NCBI RefSeq assembly: GCF_054482595.1
Contig: NZ_CM137008.1
DNA: 64,000 bases
Reading direction: 5' to 3' (one strand)
The notes beneath the pieces were generated by a model. That model had not been told where the DNA came from and did not search any database. It was given only the letters and a program-made list of their open reading frames with translations. The stretch's first letter is position 1. Each line of letters opens with the position of its first letter. Below are positions 24,592-35,008 of the stretch, piece by piece. A program made the translations under genes and the position numbers.

Positions 24592-27153
24592 TTACACCAG
24601 ACTCTTCAGGCGATAAATCCATTCCAGCGCCTGACGCGGGGTGAGTGAATCCGGATCGAGGTTTTCCAGTGCCTCGACCGCAGGCGAGGTTTCTTCCGGT
24701 ACGGACAGCAAAGACATTTGTGTACCATCCACTTGCGTAGCGGCGGCGTTCGGCGAAATGCTTTCCAGCTCACGCAGTTTTTGCCGTGCGCGCTTAATCA
24801 CCTCTTTTGGCACGCCCGCCAGAGCTGCAACCGCCAGGCCGTAGCTTTTGCTCGCCGCGCCATCCTGCACGCTATGCATAAAGGCAATGGTGTCGCCGTG
24901 CTCCAGTGCATCGAGATGCACGTTGGCGACGCCTTCCATTTTCTCCGGTAACTGGGTCAGCTCGAAATAGTGGGTAGCAAACAGCGTCAATGCCTTAATC
25001 TTATTCGCCAGATTTTCCGCGCACGCCCATGCCAGTGACAGACCATCGTAAGTGGACGTTCCACGCCCGATCTCATCCATTAACACCAGACTGTATTCGG
25101 TGGCGTTATGTAAAATATTGGCGGTTTCAGTCATCTCCACCATAAAGGTTGAGCGCCCGGAAGCCAGGTCATCTGCCGCGCCTACGCGGGTAAAGATGCG
25201 ATCGATAGGTCCAATCTCGACTTTTTGTGCCGGTACATAGCTGCCGATGTAGGCCATCAGCGCAATCAGTGCGGTCTGGCGCATATAGGTACTTTTACCG
25301 CCCATGTTCGGGCCGGTAATAATCAACATCCGGCGCTGCGGTGACAGATTCAGCGGGTTGGCGATAAATGGCTCGTTCAGCACCTGTTCAACCACCGGAT
25401 GGCGGCCTTCGGTAATGCGAATGCCCGGTTTATCAATAAAGGTCGGGCAGGTGTAGTTCAGGGTATAGGCCCGTTCCGCCAGGTTCACCAGCACGTCGAG
25501 TTCCGCCAGCGCGCTCGCGCTCTGTTGCAACGCTTCCAGATGCGGCAACAGCAGGTCGAACAACTCTTCATAAAGCTGTTTTTCCAGTGCCAGTGCTTTG
25601 CCTTTTGAAGTGAGGACTTTGTCTTCGTACTCTTTCAGCTCTGGAATAATGTAACGCTCGGCGTTTTTCAGCGTCTGGCGACGCATGTAGTTGATGGGTG
25701 CCAGATGGCTTTGTCCACGGCTGATTTGAATGTAGTAGCCGTGCACCGCATTAAAGCCAACTTTCAGCGTGTCCAGGCCGGTACGTTCACGCTCGCGGAC
25801 TTCCAGACGCTCCAGATAATCGGTCGCGCCGTCAGCCAGCGCACGCCACTCATCCAGCTCTTCGTTATAGCCCGATGCGATAACACCACCGTCGCGTACC
25901 AGCACCGGCGGTGTGTCGATGATTGCTCGCTCCAGCAGATCGCGCAGCTCGGCAAACTCGCCCATCTTCTCACGCAGCGCCTGTACCGGTGCACTATCGA
26001 CAGTTTCTAACTGCGCACGCAGCTCCGGCAGTTGCTGGAAAGCGTGGCGCATACGGGCCAGATCGCGTGGGCGAGCAGTTCGTAAAGCCAGACGTGCCAG
26101 AATACGTTCCAGGTCGCCGACCTGACGCAGTACCGGCTGTAGCCCGGCGGTGAAATCCTGCAATGCGCCAATAGTTTGCTGGCGCTCAAGCAACACGCGG
26201 GTATCGCGCACTGGCATATGCAGCCAGCGTTTCAGCATACGGCTGCCCATCGGCGTGACGGTGCAGTCGAGCACAGAAGCCAGCGTATTTTCCGCACCAC
26301 CCGCCAGGTTCTGGGTGATTTCCAGATTACGACGCGTCGCGGCATCCATAATGATGCTGTCCTGCTCACGTTCCATGGTGATGGAACGAATATGCGGCAG
26401 AGTCGTACGTTGGGTATCTTTCGCATACTGCAACAGACAACCGGCAGCACAAAGTCCGCGCGGCGCGTTCTCGACGCCAAAACCGACCAGATCGCGGGTG
26501 CCAAATTGCAGATTCAACTGCTGGCGCGCGGTGTCGATTTCAAACTCCCACAGCGGGCGACGGCGCAGGCCGCGACGGCCTTCAATCAGCGACATCTCGG
26601 CGAAATCTTCTGCATACAGCAGTTCCGCCGGATTAGTGCGTTGCAATTCTGCCGCCATCGTTTCGCGGTCGGCCGGTTCGCTAAGGCGAAAACGCCCGGA
26701 ACTGATATCCAGCGTCGCGTAGCCGAAACCTTTGCTGTCCTGCCAGATAGCCGCCAGCAGGTTGTCCTGACGCTCCTGCAACAGGGCTTCATCGCTGATG
26801 GTGCCTGGCGTAACGATACGCACAACTTTGCGCTCAACCGGACCTTTGCTGGTCGCCGGATCGCCAATTTGTTCGCAGATGGCAACGGACTCGCCCTGAT
26901 TCACCAGTTTGGCGAGGTAGTTTTCCACCGCATGGTAGGGGATCCCCGCCATCGGGATCGGCTCTCCCGCTGAAGCACCTCGTTTGGTCAGTGAAATATC
27001 CAGCAGTTGCGACGCGCGTTTTGCGTCGTCATAAAACAGTTCATAAAAATCACCCATCCGGTAAAACAGCAGGATCTCGGGATGCTGGGCTTTCAGCTTG
27101 AGATACTGCTGCATCATGGGCGTATGGGCGTCGAAATTTTCTATTGCACTCAT
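24592..27153 (-). CDS. mutS: DNA mismatch repair protein MutS (853 aa), intact
   Basis: 853-aa [29 protein letters not shown]..., Walker [10 protein letters not shown]. Confidence 0.97.
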   Translation of the reverse strand: MSAIENFDAHTPMMQQYLKLKAQHPEILLFYRMGDFYELFYDDAKRASQLLDISLTKRGASAGEPIPMAGIPYHAVENYLAKLVNQGESVAICEQIGDPATSKGPVERKVVRIVTPGTISDEALLQERQDNLLAAIWQDSKGFGYATLDISSGRFRLSEPADRETMAAELQRTNPAELLYAEDFAEMSLIEGRRGLRRRPLWEFEIDTARQQLNLQFGTRDLVGFGVENAPRGLCAAGCLLQYAKDTQRTTLPHIRSITMEREQDSIIMDAATRRNLEITQNLAGGAENTLASVLDCTVTPMGSRMLKRWLHMPVRDTRVLLERQQTIGALQDFTAGLQPVLRQVGDLERILARLALRTARPRDLARMRHAFQQLPELRAQLETVDSAPVQALREKMGEFAELRDLLERAIIDTPPVLVRDGGVIASGYNEELDEWRALADGATDYLERLEVRERERTGLDTLKVGFNAVHGYYIQISRGQSHLAPINYMRRQTLKNAERYIIPELKEYEDKVLTSKGKALALEKQLYEELFDLLLPHLEALQQSASALAELDVLVNLAERAYTLNYTCPTFIDKPGIRITEGRHPVVEQVLNEPFIANPLNLSPQRRMLIITGPNMGGKSTYMRQTALIALMAYIGSYVPAQKVEIGPIDRIFTRVGAADDLASGRSTFMVEMTETANILHNATEYSLVLMDEIGRGTSTYDGLSLAWACAENLANKIKALTLFATHYFELTQLPEKMEGVANVHLDALEHGDTIAFMHSVQDGAASKSYGLAVAALAGVPKEVIKRARQKLRELESISPNAAATQVDGTQMSLLSVPEETSPAVEALENLDPDSLTPRQALEWIYRLKSLV

Positions 27154-27439
27154 GGGGTTATGTCCGGTTCCCTGATATTAAATGGGGTGTGATGGTTTTT
27201 ATTTTCGTTGTAATCACATAAGGCGCACATGATACCGGAGTTAATCATTTCAGGGGAAGAAGCGAACGGCGAGTTCTTGATGCTGGTTCCGGGAAAGATG
27301 CTGTTTTGCAGCTTTTGCGTGATGCTTATGAAGCAAGTACGCAAAATTGTATCGGTTGGCGAACCCTTCTTCTTTAGAGTCATAGTGCCCTTTAAGATTA
27401 AGTTGTAATATAAATGCATCTTAATGAGGTGGAGGCATC

Positions 27440-27793
27440 ATGTCCGGCAAGCGTATCTCTCGTGAAAAACTGACGATTAAAAAAATGATCGATCTTTATC
27501 AAGCGAAATGCCCGCAGGCGTCAGCGGAGCCGAAGCATTACGAGGCGTTGTTTGTTTACGCGCAAAAGCGGCTGGATAAATGTGTGTTCGGCGAAGAGAA
27601 GCCAGCCTGTAAGCAGTGTCCGGTGCACTGTTACCAGCCTGCAAAGCGTGAAGAGATGAAACAGATTATGCGTTGGGCCGGGCCGAGAATGCTGTGGCGT
27701 CATCCGATCTTAACCGTGCGTCATCTCATCGATGACAAGCGTCCGGTGCCAGAACTGCCGGAAAAATATCGTCCGAAAAAACCTCGTGAATAG
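27440..27793 (+). CDS. ygbA: YgbA, small Cys-rich protein (117 aa)
   Basis: 117-aa ORF at conserved position between mutS and fhlA. Confidence 0.8.
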   Translation: MSGKRISREKLTIKKMIDLYQAKCPQASAEPKHYEALFVYAQKRLDKCVFGEEKPACKQCPVHCYQPAKREEMKQIMRWAGPRMLWRHPILTVRHLIDDKRPVPELPEKYRPKKPRE

Positions 27794-27795
27794 TA

Positions 27796-27819
27796 TGCCG
27801 GACAGTCAGATCTGTCCGG
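27796..27819. terminator. Hairpin between convergent ygbA and fhlA
   Basis: Perfect inverted repeat GCCGGACAG-TCAGAT-CTGTCCGGC. Confidence 0.55.
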
Positions 27820-27829
27820 CAATTTGCAG

Positions 27830-29908
27830 TTAAATCAATGCCGATTTATCAATTCCCAGTCGCTTCATCCGTGACAGCAGGGTCGTGCGTTTCAGCCCCA
27901 GACGTTGCGCAGCGCCTTTAGGCCCGGCAACCACGCCGTTAGTTTCTTTCAGCACGCGAACAATCAACTGATATTCATCTTCGCCCTCCTGAGCGACAAC
28001 CGTTGCGGCAGGCGGCGTTTCAGGCTCCGGTAAAGCAATATCTGGCAATGACAGCTGCAGCACGTTGCCGCGTGTTAGCAATACCGCGCGCTCAATGACG
28101 TTTTCCAGTTCGCGTACGTTACCCGGCCACTCCATATTGCTCAAGGTGCGCAACGTCTCGGCAGGAATGCTGTCGATATTGCGCCCCAGACGACGGGCAA
28201 TTTTGAAGGTAAAGGCTTTCGCCAGCAGCGGAATATCTTCCGGACGCTCGCGTAGTGGCGGAAGGTGAATCGGGAATACGTTCAGGCGGTAATAGAGATC
28301 GCTACGGAACTCACGGTCGGCGACCATTTTTTTCAGATCGCGGTTAGTCGCGGCGATTAGACGCACGTCCGTCTGAATGATTTTGTTGCTGCCGAGGCGT
28401 TCAAACTCCTGTTCCTGCAATACACGCAGCAACTTCGGCTGTAACTCCAGTGGCATATCGCCCACTTCGTCGAGGAACAGGGAGCTTTTATCCGCCAGTT
28501 CAAAACGACCGATACGCTGGGCGCTGGCACCGGTAAAAGCCCCACGCTCATGACCAAACAGATCGCTCTCCAGCAATCCGGCAGGCATCGCCGCGCAGTT
28601 CATTTTGACCATGCGGCGATTATTACGCCCACTGAGATTATGGATAGCACGGGCAATCAGCTCTTTACCCGTGCCAGTTTCACCGAGGATCAGCACGGTA
28701 CTGTCACTTTGCGCCACCATTTCAACTTGTTTAAGCACGCTGTACATGGCTTCGCTGCGGCCAATAATCTCGCCAAATTCACTATCAACATTGTTGAGCT
28801 GCTCGGTCAGGGCGAGGTTTTCATCAACCAGCCGTTCTTTCAGACGATGGATTTCCTGATAGGCGAGGGCGTTATCGACAGCGATTGCCACACGTTCGGC
28901 AATCTGGCGCAGTAAATTCAGATTGGTAGTGGTAAACACTTTCTCTTCACATTGCGCCAGTTTCAGCACGCCCAGCATGGTGTCGCCAGACATCAGCGGT
29001 AACAGGCACAAGGTTTGAATCTGGTTGCCCCAGGTATCGAACAACATGCGTTCATACGGGGCTAAATCATCCCGCTCGTGGAGATTAATCAGCAGCATCT
29101 CTTTACTTTTGAACACGCGTTCGGTGAGGGTTCCGGCTTCATCGACTTCGCTCTGTTCGTGGGCGGGATGCTGTTTATCAAGATAGTGAGTGGAGTAGAT
29201 GTTGAGTTTGTTTTTACGGTGGCTGCGTAAGACGATACTGATATCGTCAATATCGAAATAGTAATGGATTTCTTTGGCGACTTCGCTGACCAGTTCGTCC
29301 ATATCCAGGCGGGAAAGCACCGCGTTGGTGATGGCGACCAGGATGCGGAAGTTATCGCGTTCCCGGCATAACAACTCATAGTCGACATTGTTAACGACGC
29401 GGCTCTGGATTTGTTCGGTGACGACAGAAACGATCTGCGTAAATGTTTGCAGACGATTGAACTCTTTTTCGCTCCAGGGGCGATCGTCATAACGAATAAA
29501 TTCACAGCCACCAAAAATATGCCCTTCCGCCGCCAGTGGCATCAGGCAATAGTGACCAAATTTGGGGTATAGCCCACCTGCGGCCAGCTGCGGCCAGGTT
29601 TCACAAAATTCTTCGTAACTGCAATGCAGCGTATCAGGGCGCGACAAAATGCTGCGTACCGGACCGTGTGCCAGAACAGTTTCGTCTTCATATTTAATGG
29701 GGGTGTCTTTTTCACGCGATGCGTAATAAGACGCACGTTGAGTCTGCGCTTGCCACAACACAATAGCCGCGTTGTCGGCGAGCGCAGAACGCTTTACCAG
29801 TTGCGAAAGAGCCTCACACAGCGAGGCCAGATCGGGCTGCTGCAATAGTGTCCGAGTGATGTCGAACAACCCTTGCTGTCCGAGATCACTCATCGGTGTA
29901 TATGACAT
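27830..29908 (-). CDS. fhlA: Formate hydrogenlyase transcriptional activator, sigma54-dependent (692 aa from MSYTPMSDLG)
   Basis: GAF domains, AAA+ sigma54-activator domain ([14 protein letters not shown]) and C-terminal HTH. Confidence 0.95.
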   Translation of the reverse strand: MSYTPMSDLGQQGLFDITRTLLQQPDLASLCEALSQLVKRSALADNAAIVLWQAQTQRASYYASREKDTPIKYEDETVLAHGPVRSILSRPDTLHCSYEEFCETWPQLAAGGLYPKFGHYCLMPLAAEGHIFGGCEFIRYDDRPWSEKEFNRLQTFTQIVSVVTEQIQSRVVNNVDYELLCRERDNFRILVAITNAVLSRLDMDELVSEVAKEIHYYFDIDDISIVLRSHRKNKLNIYSTHYLDKQHPAHEQSEVDEAGTLTERVFKSKEMLLINLHERDDLAPYERMLFDTWGNQIQTLCLLPLMSGDTMLGVLKLAQCEEKVFTTTNLNLLRQIAERVAIAVDNALAYQEIHRLKERLVDENLALTEQLNNVDSEFGEIIGRSEAMYSVLKQVEMVAQSDSTVLILGETGTGKELIARAIHNLSGRNNRRMVKMNCAAMPAGLLESDLFGHERGAFTGASAQRIGRFELADKSSLFLDEVGDMPLELQPKLLRVLQEQEFERLGSNKIIQTDVRLIAATNRDLKKMVADREFRSDLYYRLNVFPIHLPPLRERPEDIPLLAKAFTFKIARRLGRNIDSIPAETLRTLSNMEWPGNVRELENVIERAVLLTRGNVLQLSLPDIALPEPETPPAATVVAQEGEDEYQLIVRVLKETNGVVAGPKGAAQRLGLKRTTLLSRMKRLGIDKSALI

Positions 29909-29981
29909 TTTGTTCTTCCAGGAAAGCACCGCAAAGCGGTGCAAAAGGTCATTGACTAACTATAGGAGATTTAGAATTTTA

Positions 29982-30992
29982 TTAGCATATACGCGGAAGC
30001 GGTTCGGCGTGTGGTAAATCGAGGGTTCGTTTCACGCCATATAGACCGGCAAGACGAACACCTTTACGTTCCACCACTTCACCAATCAGCGCCGCGTCTT
30101 TCCCCAGTGGATGGGAATGTAACGCTGCCAGCACTTGCTCTGCCGCGTTGCGTTCAACGGCGATCACCAGTTTGCCTTCGTTGGCAAAGTTCAGGGCGTC
30201 CAGTCCCAGCAATTCGCAAACGCCGCGCACGGCAGGTTTAACCGGCAGCGCTGATTCAGAAATTTCAATACCGCAACCGCAGGCTGCCGCGAACTCATGA
30301 ACCACCGCGTTTACACCACCACGGGTGGCATCACGCAGCGCTTTCACGCCGGGAATGTCACGCAGCGTCTGAATAAGCGGCGTCAGCACCGCGCAGTCGC
30401 TGACCAGTTCGCCATCCAGCCCCAGCTGCTCACGCAGGTTAAGGATAGTCGCCCCGTGGTCGCCGAGTGTACCGCTCACCAGCAATACATCGCCTGCGGT
30501 TAGCGTCTGTGCGCCCCAGTGAATATTCGCCGGAATTGCGCCCATGCCCGCGGTGTTGATAAACAGTTTATCTGCCGCGCCGCGCTGCACCACTTTAGTA
30601 TCGCCAGTAACGATGGCAATGCCTGCCGTGCGGGCGGTTTCTGCCATGCTGGTCACTACGGCTTTCAGTGTCTCCATCGGCAATCCTTCTTCGAGGATAA
30701 AGCCACAGGAGAGATAGCGCGGAATAGCGCCACTGACCGCAACGTCATTGGCGGTGCCGCAAATCGCCAGCTTGCCGATATTACCGCCAGGGAAGAACAG
30801 CGGGTCAATAACGTAACTGTCGGTGGAGAACGCCAGACGGTCGCCTTCCGCTACCAGCTGCGCCAGATCAAGACGTGCCTGATCTTCCTGCTCTGCCAGC
30901 CACGGGTTGGCAAAGGCTTCCATAAACAGGCTGTTGATTAATTGCTGCATCGCCTGGCCGCCGCTGCCGTGGGCGAGTTGGATATTATTCAC
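29982..30992 (-). CDS. hypE: Hydrogenase maturation protein HypE (336 aa)
   Basis: 336-aa ORF ending ...PRIC, hypABCDE order. Confidence 0.93.
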   Translation of the reverse strand: MNNIQLAHGSGGQAMQQLINSLFMEAFANPWLAEQEDQARLDLAQLVAEGDRLAFSTDSYVIDPLFFPGGNIGKLAICGTANDVAVSGAIPRYLSCGFILEEGLPMETLKAVVTSMAETARTAGIAIVTGDTKVVQRGAADKLFINTAGMGAIPANIHWGAQTLTAGDVLLVSGTLGDHGATILNLREQLGLDGELVSDCAVLTPLIQTLRDIPGVKALRDATRGGVNAVVHEFAAACGCGIEISESALPVKPAVRGVCELLGLDALNFANEGKLVIAVERNAAEQVLAALHSHPLGKDAALIGEVVERKGVRLAGLYGVKRTLDLPHAEPLPRIC

Positions 30993-32110
30993 GCTTCACT
31001 CTCCTGCTGACGATACTGATACCACGCGGCGCACGCTCCTTCGGAGGAAACCATCAGCGCACCAAACGCGGTTTGAGGATTACAGGTGTTACCAAACAGC
31101 GGGCATTGATGCGGCTTACATTTGCCCGTCAAGACTTCGCCACAACGCGCGCGCGGGTCATCGCAGACCTGCTGCGGTGCCGGGCGGAAATGTGCTTCGG
31201 CATCGAATCGTTGATAATCCGGCGTCAGGTGCACGCCAGAAGATTCAATCACGCCTAAGCCGCGCCATTCGCTGTCGCCGTTGACACAGAACACATCGGC
31301 AATCGCCTGTTGCGCCAGCAGGTTACCGGCATCCGGTACCACCCGACGATACTGATTCTCTACCTTGCTGTGGGCCGCTATTTTCTGCTCCACCAGCATC
31401 ACCACGCCTTGCAGTAGATCAAGGGGTTCGAAACCAGCGACCACCAGCGGACGATGAAAATCGCTGGCGATAAAATTATAGGCATCAGTGCCGATAACCA
31501 TACTAACGTGGCCCGGCGCGAGGAACGCGTCGATACCGTTATCCGGCTGTTCCAGCAAACTGCGAAGCGTCGGGATAAGCGTAATGTGCTGGCAGAAGAA
31601 GTAAAAATTCTGCACATCACGCGCTTTCGCCTGTTGCAGAGTGATAGCGGTGGTCGGCATGGTGGTTTCAAAACCTAAGCCGAAGAACACCACTTTGCGG
31701 GTTGGATTCTCCTGCGCCAGTTTCAACGCATCCATCGGCGAATAGACGATGCGCACATCGGCACCGCGTGCTTTTGCCTGCAACAGCGATCCCTGTTTCC
31801 CCGGCACGCGCATGGCGTCGCCAAAGGTACAGAAGATGACTTCCGGATGGCTGGCAATCTCCACGCAGGTGTCGATTCTGCCCATCGGCAGTACGCACAC
31901 CGGGCAACCCGGACCGTGGATAAACTCAACGTTTTCCGGCAGTAACTGGTCGAGGCCGAATTTAAAAATGGCGTGGGTATGACCACCGCACACTTCCATA
32001 ATCCGCAGAGGGCGTTCGGCGGTGTAAGAGAGATGTGAAGCACGTTCGCGCAGATGCTCAATTAACTGCATCACCTGTTCCGGCGCGCGATATTCATCAA
32101 CAAAACGCAT
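30989..32110 (-). CDS. hypD: Hydrogenase maturation protein HypD (373 aa)
   Basis: 373-aa ORF with conserved Cys motifs. Confidence 0.93.
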   Translation of the reverse strand: MRFVDEYRAPEQVMQLIEHLRERASHLSYTAERPLRIMEVCGGHTHAIFKFGLDQLLPENVEFIHGPGCPVCVLPMGRIDTCVEIASHPEVIFCTFGDAMRVPGKQGSLLQAKARGADVRIVYSPMDALKLAQENPTRKVVFFGLGFETTMPTTAITLQQAKARDVQNFYFFCQHITLIPTLRSLLEQPDNGIDAFLAPGHVSMVIGTDAYNFIASDFHRPLVVAGFEPLDLLQGVVMLVEQKIAAHSKVENQYRRVVPDAGNLLAQQAIADVFCVNGDSEWRGLGVIESSGVHLTPDYQRFDAEAHFRPAPQQVCDDPRARCGEVLTGKCKPHQCPLFGNTCNPQTAFGALMVSSEGACAAWYQYRQQESEA

Positions 32111-32382
32111 TATTTTTCCTCGCCATACAACAGCGCGCCGACATCCGGCTCAACGTCAAACATGTTTTGTAAGGCGTCGAGAGTGTCGCGTGCTTCGGCT
32201 TCATTAATTACGCTCATGGCAAAGCCAACGTGTACCAGTACCCACTGGCCCACGCGCGGCTGACCGTTTTCATCGCAGCTGCCGACTAACGTTAAATCGA
32301 CATCGCGCTGAATGCCGCAGACGTCGACTTTCGCCTGGTTGCCGTCAATGGTGCGGATCTGGCCGGGAACGCCTATGCACAT
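32110..32382 (-). CDS. hypC: Hydrogenase maturation chaperone HypC (90 aa from MCIGVPGQ)
   Basis: [14 protein letters not shown]... N-terminus. Confidence 0.9.
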   Translation of the reverse strand: MCIGVPGQIRTIDGNQAKVDVCGIQRDVDLTLVGSCDENGQPRVGQWVLVHVGFAMSVINEAEARDTLDALQNMFDVEPDVGALLYGEEK

Positions 32383-33245
32383 CGCTGTGTCTCCAGCCAG
32401 TTCAGCCACTGGTCCATCCCTTCGCCGCTGGTGGCGGAAATAAGGATGATTTCAATTTCTGGATTGACTTCGCGGGCGCAGGCGATGCACTTCTCAACGT
32501 CAAAGTTGAGATACGGCAACAGGTCAACTTTGTTGAGCAGCATCAGCGAGGCGGCGGCAAACATATGCGGATATTTCAGCGGTTTGTCTTCACCTTCGGT
32601 AACGGAAAGCACCGCCACTTTGTGTTTTTCACCGAGATCGAAGCTCGCCGGGCATACGAGGTTGCCAACGTTTTCGATAAACAGAATACCGTTATCGTCC
32701 AGTGGCAGGCGCGGTGCGGCGTCAGCAATCATCTGTGCGTCAAGATGGCAGCCTTTACCGGTATTCACCTGAATCGCTGGTGTGCCGGTAGCGCGAATGC
32801 GTGCGGCATCGTTCACGGTTTGCTGGTCACCTTCAATAACCGCGCACGGAACGCTGTCTTTCAGGCGCATTAAGGTTTCCGTCAGCAGGGTGGTTTTACC
32901 GGAACCAGGGCTGGAAACCAGGTTGAGCACCAGTTGCTTGCGGGCAGCAAAGCGCGCGCGGTTGCGTTCAGCCAGACGGTTGTTTTTGTCCAGCACGTCA
33001 ATTTCGACTTCCAGCATCCGGCGCTGGCTCATGCCCGGTGCGTGAGTGCCCGCTTCGCCATGACCGTAATGCAGGTCGCCTTCTTCAGTCTGGCTGGGGG
33101 TAAATTCAGGCGCTTTAATGCCGGTGATTTTCATCTTCGGGCGTGCCGCCGGGGCAAATGGCGCGCTACGAAACGCGGAATGAGGGTTATGTTCATCACC
33201 CTCGATATACAGGTTGCCTTCACCGCAACCGCATGTTGTACACAT
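32373..33245 (-). CDS. hypB: Hydrogenase nickel-incorporation GTPase HypB (290 aa)
   Basis: His/Cys-rich N-terminus [10 protein letters not shown] and GTPase motif GSGKTT. Confidence 0.93.
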   Translation of the reverse strand: MCTTCGCGEGNLYIEGDEHNPHSAFRSAPFAPAARPKMKITGIKAPEFTPSQTEEGDLHYGHGEAGTHAPGMSQRRMLEVEIDVLDKNNRLAERNRARFAARKQLVLNLVSSPGSGKTTLLTETLMRLKDSVPCAVIEGDQQTVNDAARIRATGTPAIQVNTGKGCHLDAQMIADAAPRLPLDDNGILFIENVGNLVCPASFDLGEKHKVAVLSVTEGEDKPLKYPHMFAAASLMLLNKVDLLPYLNFDVEKCIACAREVNPEIEIILISATSGEGMDQWLNWLETQRCA

Positions 33246-33248
33246 CGC

Positions 33249-33599
33249 TCACTCCTGGTCTATTTCTATCCGCCGAATCTGTAAACCGTCGTCTGCCACA
33301 ATCTGTAGCATGTCACCATGACACTGTGGACAGCGGCGGACGCGCTGGGTCAGTAGCGTCACATACTGTTGGCATGTTTCACACCAGCATTCGGCCTCTT
33401 GTTCTTCGAGGTGCAGTTTACAACCTTCCGCCACGCTGCCGCGGCAAACCAGATCAAAACAAAAGGCAAGAGAGCTGGTTTCGACACAAGAAAATGCGCC
33501 AATTTTGAGCCAGACCCCAGTTACGCGTTTTGCGCCGTGTTTTGCGGCCTGCTGTTCGATCAATTCCAGTGCCCGTTGGCAGAGGGTTATTTCGTGCAT
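33249..33599 (-). CDS. hypA: Hydrogenase nickel-insertion protein HypA (116 aa from MHEITLCQ)
   Basis: MHEITLCQRALELIE..., Zn-finger CxxC...CxxC. Confidence 0.92.
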   Translation of the reverse strand: MHEITLCQRALELIEQQAAKHGAKRVTGVWLKIGAFSCVETSSLAFCFDLVCRGSVAEGCKLHLEEQEAECWCETCQQYVTLLTQRVRRCPQCHGDMLQIVADDGLQIRRIEIDQE

Positions 33600-33621
33600 A
33601 TCGCCTCCCATTAACTATGGC

Positions 33622-33637
33622 CAGCTACAAGCAATAA
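33622..33637 (-). promoter_or_regulatory. Candidate sigma54 (-24/-12) promoter for the hyp operon
   Basis: Reverse complement reads CTGGCACAATTATTGC (TGGCAC-N5-TTGC) just upstream of hypA. Confidence 0.55.
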
Positions 33638-33757
33638 TTGTGCCAGTATTGATTATCCCTGCGGTGAATAATGTCGATGATGTCGAAATGACACGTCGAC
33701 ACGGCGACGAAATTCATCTTTAGCTTAAAAATCGTTTTAATAACAATGAATTAAAAG

Positions 33758-33774
33758 TTGGCACAGAAAATGCT
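33758..33774 (+). promoter_or_regulatory. Candidate sigma54 (-24/-12) promoter for the hyc operon
   Basis: TGGCACAGAAAATGCTT, GG and GC at consensus spacing, ~35 bp upstream of hycA ATG. Confidence 0.6.
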
Positions 33775-33810
33775 TAAAGCTGGCATCTCTGTTAAACGGG
33801 TAACCTGACA

Positions 33811-34272
33811 ATGACTATTTGGGAAATAAGCGAGAAAGCCGATTACATCGCACAGCGGCATCGTCGCCTACAGGACCAGTGGCACATCTACTGCAATTCG
33901 CTGGTTCAGGGGATCACGTTATCGAAAGCGCGCCTGCATCACGCCATGAGCTGCGCGCCGGACAAAGAACTCTGTTTCGTCCTTTTTGAACATTTTCGTA
34001 TTTACGTCACCCTGGCGGATGGCTTTAACAGCCACACCATCGAGTATTACGTCGAAACAAAAGAGGGCGAAGACAAACAGCGGATTGCGCAGGCGCAACT
34101 GAGCATTGACGGCATGATTGATGGCAAGGTCAACATCCGCGATCGCGAACAGGTTCTGGAACACTATCTCGAAAAAATCGCTGGCGTTTACGACAGCTTA
34201 TACACCGCTATTGAAAACAATGTGCCGGTGAATTTAAGCCAACTGGTAAAGGGACAAAGCCCGGCAGCATGA
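33811..34272 (+). CDS. hycA: Formate hydrogenlyase regulatory protein HycA (153 aa)
   Basis: 153-aa ORF, first gene of hyc operon. Confidence 0.9.
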   Translation: MTIWEISEKADYIAQRHRRLQDQWHIYCNSLVQGITLSKARLHHAMSCAPDKELCFVLFEHFRIYVTLADGFNSHTIEYYVETKEGEDKQRIAQAQLSIDGMIDGKVNIRDREQVLEHYLEKIAGVYDSLYTAIENNVPVNLSQLVKGQSPAA

Positions 34273-34396
34273 GCTGAGGCTTTGCCCGTTTTGCAGGCGT
34301 TACGCCTGTTTGGGGATGGGCGTGTCGATGAGTGTCGAAAATGACATTTCATCGGCATGTTTTCGTCAAAAATGACAATCACCTGAGGAATGCCTG

Positions 34397-35008
34397 GTGA
34401 ATCGTTTTGTAATTGCTGACTCCACGCTCTGTATCGGCTGCCACACCTGTGAGGCCGCCTGTTCAGAGACGCATCGCCAGCACGGCCTGCAATCAATGCC
34501 GCGCCTGAGAGTGATGCTAAATGAAAAAGAATCTGCGCCGCAGCTCTGTCACCACTGTGAAGATGCACCCTGCGCGGTGGTCTGCCCGGTTAACGCCATC
34601 ACCCGCGTTGATGGGGCCGTGCAGTTGAATGAAAGCCTGTGCGTAAGCTGCAAACTGTGCGGCATCGCCTGCCCGTTTGGCGCAATCGAATTTTCCGGCA
34701 GCCGTCCGCTGGATATTCCGGCAAACGCCAATACCCCGAAAGCGCCACCGGCACCGCCTGCTCCGGCGCGTGTCAGCACATTGCTTGACTGGGTGCCAGG
34801 TATTCGCGCGATCGCCGTCAAATGTGACCTTTGTAGCTTTGATGAACAAGGTCCGGCCTGCGTGCGGATGTGCCCGACTAAAGCCCTGCATCTGGTGGAT
34901 AACACCGATATCGCCCGCGTCAGCAAACGTAAGCGTGAGCTGACCTTTAACACGGACTTTGGCGATCTCACCTTGTTTCAGCAGGCTCAAAGTGGAGAGG
35001 CTAAATGA
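34397..35008 (+). CDS. hycB: FHL iron-sulfur subunit HycB (203 aa)
   Basis: Multiple CxxCxxCxxxCP ferredoxin motifs. Confidence 0.93.
   Translation: MNRFVIADSTLCIGCHTCEAACSETHRQHGLQSMPRLRVMLNEKESAPQLCHHCEDAPCAVVCPVNAITRVDGAVQLNESLCVSCKLCGIACPFGAIEFSGSRPLDIPANANTPKAPPAPPAPARVSTLLDWVPGIRAIAVKCDLCSFDEQGPACVRMCPTKALHLVDNTDIARVSKRKRELTFNTDFGDLTLFQQAQSGEAK

Noticed and set aside
26176-26973. 265-aa plus-strand ORF inside mutS (and similar ORFs at 26150-26722, 25705-26010)
   Set aside because: Antisense to full-length mutS; Arg/Ala-rich composition typical of GC-rich antisense frames.
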